From: a virus
Lineage: Duplodnaviria > Caudoviricetes
DNA: 64,000 nt
Direction: 5' to 3' (one strand)
IMG/VR virus record: IMGVR_UViG_3300028903_000001
Coordinates: 1-64,000 of that record
The position numbers were made by a program, and so were the translations under genes. The notes under the pieces were generated by a model, which was not told where the DNA came from, did no database searches, and saw only the letters and a program-made list of their open reading frames with translations. This document shows, piece by piece, positions 38,075 through 47,492 of the stretch (positions within the stretch are counted from its first letter, which is position 1; the number at the start of each line of letters is the position of its first letter).

Positions 38075-38614
38075 TCAGGGCCAGACGAAGCCGTGCGCGT
38101 TGATGACGCAACCGTCTGGAAGCGAGATGCGATAGACTCGGTGCGACTTGCCGTCAGCACACCTCGAGGCGCGACGCTGCTTGTACAGGATCGCTGCGCT
38201 CGACACGTCCTTCTTGGTTTCGAAGGGATGCTGATACTTGGAAGCCAGTTCGCCATATCTATCGTAGTAGACTCGCAGAATGCGGTCTACACGATCCCAT
38301 GGACCTTCGGGGATTACAACCTGACCCGAGACGAGCTTGTAGTCGTCGCCCCAGTAGCTGGTGGCGGCTTCATGGACACTGTCGTCCACCTGGCGTACGG
38401 TTGGACCACGAGTGGTGTACGGGCATATGAAGATCTCGCACTTGTCCGCGCATTCTCCCGTCACATCGTGTACTAAACCCCACGATTCCGGGAACTCCAC
38501 CATTCTCCCACTGGCAAGCTCCATGGAGACGATGTCACCACGGACCAGAAGCGGAGTATCGATATTGCAGGCTCCTGGCCTATCTATGCCGTTTCGCTTC
38601 GCTTTTCGAGCCAT
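38075..38614 (-). CDS. Hypothetical virion-region protein
   Basis: AGGAG RBS; 179 aa; YQHPF motif. Confidence 0.65.
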   Translation of the reverse strand: MARKAKRNGIDRPGACNIDTPLLVRGDIVSMELASGRMVEFPESWGLVHDVTGECADKCEIFICPYTTRGPTVRQVDDSVHEAATSYWGDDYKLVSGQVVIPEGPWDRVDRILRVYYDRYGELASKYQHPFETKKDVSSAAILYKQRRASRCADGKSHRVYRISLPDGCVINAHGFVWP

Positions 38615-38623
38615 GACACACTC

Positions 38624-39493
38624 CTACCGCACCAAGACACCGGAGCGATAAAGCCTCGGCCTGACAAGATCTGAGCCAGGGAGCACATCGTTGTCGTCCC
38701 ACACAGCAGTTGCTTCCCCCGCTCGGTACACCTGCCCATTCGCAGCCTTGTATGCGAACCCGCTCGCGTGGATATACAAGAGTCCACCCTTGGGCCGATA
38801 GAAGTCGTTCACTCGCTTGTCTGTGAAAGCGTTGAAGAGGTACCAGAAGTACTCTCGCTGCGCATGGCATTCCTGTCCAAGCTTATCTTCTATCGATGAG
38901 TGGAAACAGCCTACCATGGCATTGGGGTCAAATAGCCACTGCGTGTACCATGGCTGTTCATTAGGGACAACGACTCCGCAACTGACAATTGGCCACGACG
39001 AGTAATCATCCCTAGTTAGATCCCTAAGCTCAAGGAGAAGGTCTGAAGGGTCTGCTTGAGACTTGGACATGACTCGACCATTGCATTCGGTGTATGTCTT
39101 GATCGATTTCAGTTCAGCGTGCACACCAACTCCTTTTATGAGACCTATTTGTACTACACCACCAGTACACGTCCATTGGTTGCTATTTTCGTCAAAGAAA
39201 GCCTTGACGCTCTTGTAGTAGCTATACGACTTCTCCCATGTATCGAATGTTCTAAACGCAAAGTAGTCAAGCTCGTTTCGCTTGCCATCTTTATTCGTCA
39301 TGGCATTTATCATTACAGCGAACGGACCATCTTCTCCATAAAGGCCTCCAGCAATGTCAGCGCTGGCCAGGGTCGTCTCGTCTGGTTGCTTGATCGTTAG
39401 ATCAGACGCGGCACCCTTGTCTTCCTTCTCGTCTCGAGTCAGAAGCCAGATTCCAAGCGCCGCGCCACCAATTGCCAGTATCGGAAGTAGCAT
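38624..39493 (-). CDS. N-terminally anchored membrane protein (ALGIWLL family)
   Basis: MLLPILAIGGAALGIWLLTRDE. Confidence 0.7.
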   Translation of the reverse strand: MLLPILAIGGAALGIWLLTRDEKEDKGAASDLTIKQPDETTLASADIAGGLYGEDGPFAVMINAMTNKDGKRNELDYFAFRTFDTWEKSYSYYKSVKAFFDENSNQWTCTGGVVQIGLIKGVGVHAELKSIKTYTECNGRVMSKSQADPSDLLLELRDLTRDDYSSWPIVSCGVVVPNEQPWYTQWLFDPNAMVGCFHSSIEDKLGQECHAQREYFWYLFNAFTDKRVNDFYRPKGGLLYIHASGFAYKAANGQVYRAGEATAVWDDNDVLPGSDLVRPRLYRSGVLVR

Positions 39494-39495
39494 CC

Positions 39496-40344
39496 CTATC
39501 TCCTCTTGCCCATCCGTGTGAACCCATAGACCCCAGCCGCAATGGCCCCGATCGCGAGTAGGCCAACGACGATCCCCGAGCCGCCTCGATCCTCACCCGT
39601 CTCGAACCTGTCCCCACCCGTACCGTCAAGGTCGATATAAGCGGCTCCAGCATACCCATTCATGATGGCGCTGTTGTAGGCCGCGATGATGCTGTCGACG
39701 TAGCCGCATGGTATAGTCCATACGCCCCAGCGATCAGGTCCATCGCATTGCGCGTTGACCGAGCATGTCGCTTTGCCCGAGTTGAACCTGGCAAGCGCAC
39801 CTACAATGTTTAGATTCTCCGCGTCGATACATTGCAGAATGAGTCTTGCGCCGTGAATCAGGTTCCACGAGGGGTGAAGCACGGTCTCCTTGCCGACTCC
39901 GCTGCTTCCCGAGACGAGCCTGGCCATCTCAAGCGAGAGTTGTGTGAGTCCCAGCCTGCCTCCATCTCCGATCTTGGTGGACTCGCCCCCGCTCTCAATC
40001 GCCACGACTGCGGCGAGAAGCGCGGGTGAAATGCCGTTTGCCTCCGCGCTTTGCGAGATAAGAAGCTTCCACTCATCGACCTTGGCGGGCCACGAGGTGA
40101 GCCTGGGAATTCCGATCCCCTCAACCTCAATCTCTCCGCTGTGAAGGTAGCGGTAGCGAGACGATCCGCCGCAGGGCGACCGGGTCCACTCGCTCATCGG
40201 ATCCTCGGGTCTCGGCTCGTCTCTTTTCGGAGGAGGCGCTGGCATATCCTCGCCGGAATCTATCAGAGAAAGGTCGGGGGGATCGTCGGTGTCAAACCCG
40301 GCAGGAAGACCGCTCGTTTTAAGACTGATGCAGGACTGAGTCAT
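39496..40344 (-). CDS. Lytic transglycosylase (SLT) with C-terminal TM
   Basis: ISPALLAAVVAIESGG, GLTQL, ALARFNSG, YVDSI. Confidence 0.85.
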   Translation of the reverse strand: MTQSCISLKTSGLPAGFDTDDPPDLSLIDSGEDMPAPPPKRDEPRPEDPMSEWTRSPCGGSSRYRYLHSGEIEVEGIGIPRLTSWPAKVDEWKLLISQSAEANGISPALLAAVVAIESGGESTKIGDGGRLGLTQLSLEMARLVSGSSGVGKETVLHPSWNLIHGARLILQCIDAENLNIVGALARFNSGKATCSVNAQCDGPDRWGVWTIPCGYVDSIIAAYNSAIMNGYAGAAYIDLDGTGGDRFETGEDRGGSGIVVGLLAIGAIAAGVYGFTRMGKRR

Positions 40345-40352
40345 CGCGTTTC

Positions 40353-40492
40353 CGGGGCGGAAACCCCGTCCTTCATGGCGGGGAGGAAGCCCCTCCGTGC
40401 TGTCGTTCGATGTAGCGCTTGACCGTCTCGAGTGGGACTCCGCACGTCGTTCTCCTTCACAAAGCCGCGCCCTTTAGGGCGGGGTTGATTAC
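40353..40492. mobile_element. IS200/IS605-family internally deleted remnant (PATE/MITE-like)
   Basis: End hairpins AACCCCGTCCTTCATGGCGGGGAG and AAGCCGCGCCCTTTAGGGCGGGGTTGATTAC flank a minus-strand TnpA C-terminal fragment TCGVPLETVKRYIERQ. Confidence 0.75.
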
Positions 40493-40519
40493 GCCCGCGA
40501 TGATCGCATCAGTCCTGTC

Positions 40520-40915
40520 CTATCGCAACGTTGCCCCGTCACAAGTCTCCCACCGCTTTGTCGCTTTCTGTTGCCCAGAGCCAAAGAGTGAGATCTGACA
40601 GTAGCCACCGGAACAGGTCCAGTAGCCGTGACTCTGGCCGAAGAAATCCTCAAGCGTCTTGTAGTAGCGATACGCCTCGTCCCAGGTCGAGAATCGCCTC
40701 ATGTCCATGTAGCTGTTTCGAGTCTCATCACTCGTTGCGTCGAAGCAATCGACGAGAACGTAGTAGGGTTTAGCACCGATAGACACCGTATCGGTCGAGC
40801 CTTCCGGCTCAGGGATCTTGATACCGGAAGGCTTCCCCTTCTCACTATCATCCTCTCGCATGAGCAGCCAAAGCCCTAGCGCGGTTCCACCTGCAACAAT
40901 GAATGGAATCCACAT
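40520..40915 (-). CDS. N-anchored membrane protein, paralog of 38624-39493
   Basis: ALGLWLL anchor; shared RxFxTW..xYxYYK...FF....WTCxGG. Confidence 0.7.
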   Translation of the reverse strand: MWIPFIVAGGTALGLWLLMREDDSEKGKPSGIKIPEPEGSTDTVSIGAKPYYVLVDCFDATSDETRNSYMDMRRFSTWDEAYRYYKTLEDFFGQSHGYWTCSGGYCQISLFGSGQQKATKRWETCDGATLR

Positions 40916-41067
40916 CAGACATTACCTCTCTTATCTCTGTCTTCTTTCGATAGCGGATCTACGAACGGGGGCCTACCTTCTGGTGGCTTAGCTCTGTCCT
41001 CTTCCTCATCCTTGAGCAGGAGCCAGAGCCCGAGAGCCACTACGCCAACGCTGATGGGCACCCACAT
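40915..41067 (-). CDS. Small N-anchored membrane protein (ALGLWLL family)
   Basis: MWVPISVGVVALGLWLLLKDEE...KPPEGRPP. Confidence 0.65.
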   Translation of the reverse strand: MWVPISVGVVALGLWLLLKDEEEDRAKPPEGRPPFVDPLSKEDRDKRGNV

Positions 41068-41069
41068 GT

Positions 41070-41561
41070 TCAAAACTCGTCCCGCCACATCGGGTAGCAT
41101 GTGTTTTCGTAGACAACGCTCAAGTCGCCCATGGCGAATCGGATAAAGGTGGCTGGACTGAAAACGCAGTCCGATACCTCCACTCTGTAGCCCTTGTAGC
41201 CATAGGCTCGCATCGAGGCGGCGAGGATCTTGCCCTGGGCAAGAGCCGTGCTCTTTTCCTGCGGCAACGCTAGGACAGGTGTCGCCATACCTGCTCGGAG
41301 CCTGCTCTTGTCGTAGATGATGATCCACGAGACGGCTTGAGCCCCATCGTCATTGAGCCTTGAAACAGCGAAGCTATACGCCTCGTCGGCCCTGTCCGGG
41401 TCGAGACTTGGACCTTCCCGTCCCAGTGTCACGTCGGAAGCCTTCGGCGACGGGGGCCTACCCTCGGGTGGTTTGGTTGGCTGTCGCTGCTTCTCCTCGT
41501 CTCGAGAGACGAGATACCAGATGCCTAGCGCAGCGGCGATACCAACTACGGGAATCCACAT
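41070..41561 (-). CDS. N-anchored membrane protein (ALGIW family)
   Basis: MWIPVVGIAAALGIWYLVSRDEE...KPPEGRPP. Confidence 0.7.
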   Translation of the reverse strand: MWIPVVGIAAALGIWYLVSRDEEKQRQPTKPPEGRPPSPKASDVTLGREGPSLDPDRADEAYSFAVSRLNDDGAQAVSWIIIYDKSRLRAGMATPVLALPQEKSTALAQGKILAASMRAYGYKGYRVEVSDCVFSPATFIRFAMGDLSVVYENTCYPMWRDEF

Positions 41562-41568
41562 CGAAGTC

Positions 41569-42495
41569 CTACTTTCTCGTTAACAGGTAGGTAAGGAAGA
41601 GAGCCGCGCCGCCAGCGAACAGGATCGGTCCCCAACTCGTTCCCTCATCAGCCTTAGCGGTGGGTTCCACCGGCTCATCTAGAACCGGCGGGTCATGCAT
41701 GGTAGCAGAGCTAACCTCACTGGTTAGCTTCATCACCCGCTTGCCCTCATTCTGGGCAATGTATTCCACCATGGATTCTTTCGACATTGCCAATAAATCC
41801 CACAGTGGCAATGGGGCCATACCAAGCGAGGCTCTCACCTCGTTGTATTTTCTAAAGAGTTCGGCCAATTTCTTAACCTCTTCCCGCGTCTCCAGGTCCG
41901 AGGGGGTTACCCAATCCGGCATCCATTCTGGTCTCCTGCATTTACATATCAAGTCTCCCATTGGAGCAGTATACTTACCGGCGTCATATTCGTAGACGGA
42001 GAAGTCGAACATGTCCCAGAATAGAATATTATCTACCTGCTCCTGACTAGAGTAGCAGGGAAGGGCTGGGCTATTGGTTTTCCCTTCTTGAACCGCGAGT
42101 AGGAACTGACCAAGCCATCTGCCACATGTGCCGTTATCCATATCTGTGCTAAGGCTCGACATGTCTCTATCCGCGTCATACGCTACACGCCAATCGCTAC
42201 TGTACAATCTGGCCACGAATCCCATGTACCAGTGGCAGAATCGGCCCCATTGCTGCCAGTCAACGCTCTGCCCCTGCGGTCTCGACACAAAGGTCTTGCA
42301 GGGATCGGAGTAGATTCGGTCGATGAGCTTTGACACCTCCATCTCGAGCGCAGCGGCTTTGACCTTACCCGCTCTGAAGTACAATTCGACCTTGGCTATC
42401 TTCCATGCCCTTCCGAGGTCAACCTGCTTGTCCCAGAACGAGAACTGTGTGCCTTCGGGAAGCTCCTGAACCCTACCATTGGTTGCGTATAGCAT
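41569..42495 (-). CDS. Membrane protein, C-terminal TM
   Basis: WGPILFAGGAALFLTYLLTRK. Confidence 0.7.
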   Translation of the reverse strand: MLYATNGRVQELPEGTQFSFWDKQVDLGRAWKIAKVELYFRAGKVKAAALEMEVSKLIDRIYSDPCKTFVSRPQGQSVDWQQWGRFCHWYMGFVARLYSSDWRVAYDADRDMSSLSTDMDNGTCGRWLGQFLLAVQEGKTNSPALPCYSSQEQVDNILFWDMFDFSVYEYDAGKYTAPMGDLICKCRRPEWMPDWVTPSDLETREEVKKLAELFRKYNEVRASLGMAPLPLWDLLAMSKESMVEYIAQNEGKRVMKLTSEVSSATMHDPPVLDEPVEPTAKADEGTSWGPILFAGGAALFLTYLLTRK

Positions 42496-42505
42496 TGTCT
42501 TGTCC

Positions 42506-43924
42506 TCATATGTGCCAGAAAAGCCTATTCGAATCTGCGAAGGCCAGAGCCTGCTCCCTCACCAACCAGGCATATTCCCACTGCGCAGCGGCGTCTCCAG
42601 ACTCGAGAGCACGCTTCGCCGCCATCGACACGTCGATGGGCAGGATCTTGCCGTTGAACCCAACCGCGCCCAGCATCTGCTTGACCTCTCTGATCAGGTA
42701 GCTGGGGCACGTCGCGAGCGGAAAGGTGTCGGCCACTGCGACACTGGCTCCCACCTTGACCTCGAGGTATGGGTAGCGAAGGTCGGTGAGATCCGTTGCT
42801 GCCTCGATCTGGCTGCGGGTCATTTTCGGCTTCCACCTAGCCCTGATCCGCTTCATGCGACCAGCGACATCAGACACAGACTTGGCGAGGTGGGCCTCGT
42901 GACCCAGCGATGTAGTGCCCTCGGCGAGCCGGGGCCCGAGCACGTTCATGTGACCATAGGCTCTTGGGCTCCAGTTTCCGGTAAGCTGCTCAAAAAGCTC
43001 AACGGAAGCGGACCTTTCGAAGTCTCTAGTCGTTTCGGTCCACGCATCGGTCTTGTAGACCAGCGCTGGCCATCCCTTCACCTTCTCGGGCCGAAGCGAA
43101 CGAGAGGCGAGGGGAATGCGAGCGAAAAGGGTCAATAGGCCGAAGTTGGTAGCCGGAACATCGGACAGGGCAAGGCTGGGGTAGAGCATCGCGTTGCCGC
43201 AGCGCTGAATCCCCGCAATGACTTGCTCCAATGGGGCCGAGTACATGCCAATGTTGATGCAGCGCGTTAGCAGAATCTGCTGGCCCTTGACCACGCCTAC
43301 GATTCCGCCCTCGTCAACGGTTAGCTTCGGCGCGACGGTGCAGAAGTCTACGCCTGGAGCGACTCTTCGCTCCATCTCGCCACGGCTCCACTGCGCCTCA
43401 ACATCGACCTCCATCAGCCCACTCGGAGCAGTGCCGTGAAGCACCTTTCTCTTCTTGGCCGAGTAGTAGGGCATGGTCTTATCGATATGAGACAGGTCAT
43501 TGAACCAGGGCTTGCCCTCGAGCGGCATGACTGTGAAGTCAACCCTTGACTCTTCCAGGGATGACCTGAGCGTTGACTCTATGCCTTCAAAAATCTCGTC
43601 AACCGACACGTCTCTGCGATCGGAACTGAAGATTTGACCCACCCCTCCACGGACCGATGTGCCCCAGCCCCCTTTTTCGAGACTAGCATCTTCGAATCCG
43701 AGTAGGTGTTGAAGCTGAATCTCAAGCCTGCGTTCGTAATTGTTGAGTGGATACTTGAGTTTGCCGAAAAGCCTCGCCTCGAGCCTGTCGGCCCTGCCCT
43801 GAATCGCGACGCGATATGTCTTGTCGGGCATGACCCAGGCAAGCACGTCTGAGCCGCCCATCTGCTTCGTACCGTCCCAGCGGAGCAAGCCATCGGCTCG
43901 TTTCTTGAGAAGTTCGGGAATCAT
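42506..43924 (-). CDS. Hypothetical protein (472 aa)
   Basis: Long ORF, ATGA overlap, no recognised motif. Confidence 0.7.
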   Translation of the reverse strand: MIPELLKKRADGLLRWDGTKQMGGSDVLAWVMPDKTYRVAIQGRADRLEARLFGKLKYPLNNYERRLEIQLQHLLGFEDASLEKGGWGTSVRGGVGQIFSSDRRDVSVDEIFEGIESTLRSSLEESRVDFTVMPLEGKPWFNDLSHIDKTMPYYSAKKRKVLHGTAPSGLMEVDVEAQWSRGEMERRVAPGVDFCTVAPKLTVDEGGIVGVVKGQQILLTRCINIGMYSAPLEQVIAGIQRCGNAMLYPSLALSDVPATNFGLLTLFARIPLASRSLRPEKVKGWPALVYKTDAWTETTRDFERSASVELFEQLTGNWSPRAYGHMNVLGPRLAEGTTSLGHEAHLAKSVSDVAGRMKRIRARWKPKMTRSQIEAATDLTDLRYPYLEVKVGASVAVADTFPLATCPSYLIREVKQMLGAVGFNGKILPIDVSMAAKRALESGDAAAQWEYAWLVREQALAFADSNRLFWHI

Positions 43925-45078
43925 CGTCCGGTCCTCTCCATTGTCGGGTTACCTCTGGCAACAACTGCCTTGCAGTTCTGCGACACCGCTCTTCCCTGCC
44001 TGATCCACGTCTTGCAGATTTGGCCCAGTGTCGCCACGGCTCCAGGGCTTCTCTTTCCCGACACGACATTGTATGCGGCGAGCGTCGCCTTGGTCCTGAC
44101 GCTTGGCTCTCTCTGCTCACTCTGTCCGCTTCTCAGCATGGACAAGCAGATGTTGACGTAGGCTGTCTCATAGTCCCTCTTCAACCTGGCCCCGTCCCTA
44201 TAGTGCTTGTTCAGCAGAGTTAGCGAGTACTTCTTCCTGGCCGGGGAGTCGAGCCGGTACTTTCGCTGCTGCGGCAGCGCGAACAGGGCTAGGCTCATCC
44301 GTTTTCGCTGTTCAGGCGTGACCGGGTTGGGTTTAGCCACGACGGTATGTGTGCCGGGGACATCTCGGATATCCGCGTCGTAAAGCGCTCTGGCGAGCTT
44401 CTGGTAGACCTTGCGCTTATTGCGCTCTGTCAGATACGGCTCAACCCTGATCCAGGTCGGGGAGTTGAGATAGGCGAGCATGCTCAACTTGACCCTGGCG
44501 GGAGTCGAGGCGCGAAGCAGTAGCGCCTCATCGACAACCTGCTGAGAAAACGCCTCAACCTCTTCCGCATCGTTGTAGTAGGCCGACTTATCGCCAGGTT
44601 TCAAGGCGTACGAGGGCCGGTTCGGTGACCAGGGAGACCTGGCGACATGTGTCGCCTCGTGCTTGAGTACGTTAAGGATAGCCTGATGCAGATCGCGGCG
44701 AGAATACACGCTCCAAGCGCCGAGGCTGGGCCGAATCGGCACGTATAGGCTCAGGACTCCTCCGATCTTCTTCCCTTTCTCTGCTACACTTAGGTATCCA
44801 AAGCTTCCACCGAAAGATATCCTCGAGCTATCGTTGAAAATGACCTGGGTCACAATGGGAACGGTGATGTTTCCATTGGTGGTAGGCATCTCGATCTCGT
44901 GCCGATCCAGTTCCTCACCGTACACGAATGGAGACTTGTCTCTGTCGAACTCTCCAAGAGCCTCTTCGTTCAGCTTGTCCCGGATCCGTTCGCTAATCTT
45001 ACCAGCGATGATCGAGGCAGACTTCCTAAGCTGCTCGGAGTCGATGCGGACCGGGGCGGGATTGCTGCGACGTGCCAT
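43921..45078 (-). CDS. NP-linker protein with HExxH zincin-like metallopeptidase module
   Basis: LKHEATH...YYNDAEEVEAF; RRSNP, AKPNP, ARGNP linkers. Confidence 0.7.
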   Translation of the reverse strand: MARRSNPAPVRIDSEQLRKSASIIAGKISERIRDKLNEEALGEFDRDKSPFVYGEELDRHEIEMPTTNGNITVPIVTQVIFNDSSRISFGGSFGYLSVAEKGKKIGGVLSLYVPIRPSLGAWSVYSRRDLHQAILNVLKHEATHVARSPWSPNRPSYALKPGDKSAYYNDAEEVEAFSQQVVDEALLLRASTPARVKLSMLAYLNSPTWIRVEPYLTERNKRKVYQKLARALYDADIRDVPGTHTVVAKPNPVTPEQRKRMSLALFALPQQRKYRLDSPARKKYSLTLLNKHYRDGARLKRDYETAYVNICLSMLRSGQSEQREPSVRTKATLAAYNVVSGKRSPGAVATLGQICKTWIRQGRAVSQNCKAVVARGNPTMERTGR

Positions 45079-45198
45079 GCCTGGCAGTCTACAGCCGAGA
45101 CTGCGCTACGGCAACGTTGTCGCGCCGCCAAAGAATCGATCCAGCCTGGTCGTGACGTGCATCGCTGTCACGTTGGAAGCCACTTGCTTGTTTGACGA

Positions 45199-45450
45199 CT
45201 ACTTCCCCAGCTTCAGCCGCATCACTTCGGCTGGAGTGATCACGATCTTGAGCCTGCCCAGCTTACGGCAGACATCGACCGGGCCCATGGAGAAGAATTT
45301 CTTCTCCTCTCTCGGAATGACCCGGCTGCCCATGTGACGGACATAGGGCATGATGACTGCGAGTTCCTGATCCGTGAACTGTCGTTGATTTTCTGACATC
45401 AGAACCTTCCTTGCAGCCAGCGCACGGTCGAACGGAACCCGTCGAGCCAT
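45199..45450 (-). CDS. Hypothetical protein
   Basis: 83-aa ORF. Confidence 0.45.
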   Translation of the reverse strand: MARRVPFDRALAARKVLMSENQRQFTDQELAVIMPYVRHMGSRVIPREEKKFFSMGPVDVCRKLGRLKIVITPAEVMRLKLGK

Positions 45451-45645
45451 TCGCGCGAGCAGTAGCCGTAACCATCATCATCGACTCGCCACCCGCTGTG
45501 AGGCGATGCTTGGGCAGATACGATCTCGGGCACCGACATGTCTAGGCTCGATACTTCGACGCCGATCTGCACCGTAATCGGGTCGCCACCCGTGAGCGGG
45601 CCAATCGGAGGTTCCACCATTTGCTCGTCGCCGCTGTTTCGCATC

Positions 45646-45894
45646 TCAGTTATTCCAACTCGCCTGGATCGTGATGTTCGTTATGGGTTGACCGCTAGGG
45701 TTGCTGCTGTTCGGCGCGCCTACCGCGATCCACGTCTCGTAGTCCGACGTGCCGGGACGCCAGCCGCGCATCAAGTATCGCATGGCTCCCGGAGCGGGAA
45801 TGATTTGCGTGTGGTAAGACGAGGCCAGTGGGTCTGCGGGTCCACCCGTAGCCTCACTACCATCATCTCTTATCTCGGCAGTATAGTCAGCCAT
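45646..45894 (-). CDS. Small protein, paralog of 47305-47490
   Basis: MADYTAE...YLMRGWRPGTSDYETWIAVGAPNSSNPSGQPITNITIQASWN. Confidence 0.7.
   Translation of the reverse strand: MADYTAEIRDDGSEATGGPADPLASSYHTQIIPAPGAMRYLMRGWRPGTSDYETWIAVGAPNSSNPSGQPITNITIQASWNN
45653..45777. repeat. 125-bp direct repeat, copy A
   Basis: 121/125 identical to 47309-47433. Confidence 0.9.
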
Positions 45895-46832
45895 TAGATC
45901 ACCGGAACCGAGCCGTCCCACGGAAATACTACGCCAGCGAGGTAGATATAGTCCCGTACACCAACTACTGATAGCGTGTCCGCTGGAGAACGAACGACCC
46001 CAGACGCTTTCATCACTGTACCGATTCCTTTCCATCCACTCGGAGCAGCACCAGCCCCCACTCTACGCGCCCACATCAAAGGTATCACATCATCTTTTGC
46101 AGAAAACGGGTTAGTACCTATGCTGCTGCTCGCGTCGTATGCTGGGATACTGCCATTACCTCCGCTATTATCCATAAGTCTGCATGGAGGACATCCAGTG
46201 TATGAAGCCCCCAATAACGCCCTGCCTCCAGCTTGTGTTGTTGAAGCGTTAGCGATCCAGAAATAATTTTTCACTAAGTCGGCATTTTGAAAAAACCGAC
46301 CAAATACAACGGGATCCGGGTCTAACGAGTCGGGTGAGTCTACGGGATCCATAACAAAAATGCCTGCACTGGTTTCAGAACCTCCGTTGGGTATGGTGAG
46401 CCAGTATGCGCCATAAGGAGGTGCGTCATCTGCTCCACAGTGCCCCCTGTAGTTAGATATGGTTAGGAGATGAGTTCCGGCTGTACCAGTGCTCCAGATG
46501 TTCGTCTCATCTGCGGCTGTTGGCATAGTTTCTTTGTCCCCACCGGTAATAAAATGCGCAAGGCGACTGTACTTGATCCACCAAGTGTAGTCTGCCACGC
46601 TTCCTCTTTGGATACATAGCTCGCGGTTACCGTCAGGAGCTTGCATTCTAACCCAAGCTCGTGAAGCGTTCATTTGCGTCCCGTTCGTGACAGCCCCTGG
46701 ACCAAGGGCACCAGCGGTCCCGCCACCGTCCATTGGTTTCGTCCACCCAGCCAACATGAGTGTGGACACGAAATTCCAAATGTGTGTACCGCCATTGGCA
46801 GGAGTCTGGTTTACTGTGAATTGCCAGGTCAT
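45894..46832 (-). CDS. Spike/vertex-like protein, paralog of 47493-48389
   Basis: MTWQF...LAGWT...ADDAPPYG...WKG...PWDG. Confidence 0.7.
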   Translation of the reverse strand: MTWQFTVNQTPANGGTHIWNFVSTLMLAGWTKPMDGGGTAGALGPGAVTNGTQMNASRAWVRMQAPDGNRELCIQRGSVADYTWWIKYSRLAHFITGGDKETMPTAADETNIWSTGTAGTHLLTISNYRGHCGADDAPPYGAYWLTIPNGGSETSAGIFVMDPVDSPDSLDPDPVVFGRFFQNADLVKNYFWIANASTTQAGGRALLGASYTGCPPCRLMDNSGGNGSIPAYDASSSIGTNPFSAKDDVIPLMWARRVGAGAAPSGWKGIGTVMKASGVVRSPADTLSVVGVRDYIYLAGVVFPWDGSVPVI

Positions 46833-46839
46833 GTCATCC

Positions 46840-47298
46840 TCACGACGTTTCGAACAGAAGGTCAGCGGAGTAGCACGTCGCCACATTCGTTGCGTCGGCC
46901 ACGTTGATTCTCAGCCTGCACTCGAACACGCCTTTGCCGGTGAAGCCCGCGAAGGCTGCGGCAACGTCGATCTCGTAGGCCGATGGCAGCAGCGGGTTCG
47001 TCGCGGGTCCACCGGGAGGCGGCGAGCCGGTCGTGGTGTCGATTGTTGAGCCTGCAACCACGCCTGGCGCGCCGAGCACACCGTCTTTGTCGTACAGGTC
47101 AATCACGGCTTCCCGGCCCACGGCGGCGCTCGTCGTGCTCAGGATGACCTGGAACCTCACGCTGACCAGCGGAAGTGTGGACAGGTCGATGTACGTCGCG
47201 CCGATCGTGGTGGGCGTGTCGAGAAGCGTGCTCTGCGTCGTGCCGCAGACCGGAACCCGTGTGGGCTTTGCGCCCTGAATCACCATTGAGCTTCGCAT
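46840..47298 (-). CDS. Beta-rich structural protein
   Basis: 152 aa, GAGG RBS. Confidence 0.6.
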   Translation of the reverse strand: MRSSMVIQGAKPTRVPVCGTTQSTLLDTPTTIGATYIDLSTLPLVSVRFQVILSTTSAAVGREAVIDLYDKDGVLGAPGVVAGSTIDTTTGSPPPGGPATNPLLPSAYEIDVAAAFAGFTGKGVFECRLRINVADATNVATCYSADLLFETS

Positions 47299-47304
47299 AT
47301 CGCC

Positions 47305-47490
47305 TCAGTTCCAACTCGCCTGAATCGTGATGTTCGTTATGGGTTGACCGCTAGGGTTACTGCTGTTGGGCGCGCCTACCGCGATCCACGTCTCGTAGTC
47401 CGACGTGCCGGGACGCCAGCCGCGCATCAGGTAGTAGGGGCCGTCCGCACCGGGAAATTCGACCAGAAAGTCTGCTGCGTAGTCTGCCAT
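47305..47490 (-). CDS. Small protein, paralog of 45646-45894
   Basis: Identical C-terminal 42 aa. Confidence 0.7.
   Translation of the reverse strand: MADYAADFLVEFPGADGPYYLMRGWRPGTSDYETWIAVGAPNSSNPSGQPITNITIQASWN
47309..47433. repeat. 125-bp direct repeat, copy B
   Basis: 121/125 identical to 45653-45777. Confidence 0.9.
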
Positions 47491-47492
47491 GG

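Noticed and set aside
45653-47433. Diversity-generating retroelement TR/VR pair
   Set aside because: Only four differences, all synonymous and not adenine-specific; no reverse transcriptase in the window
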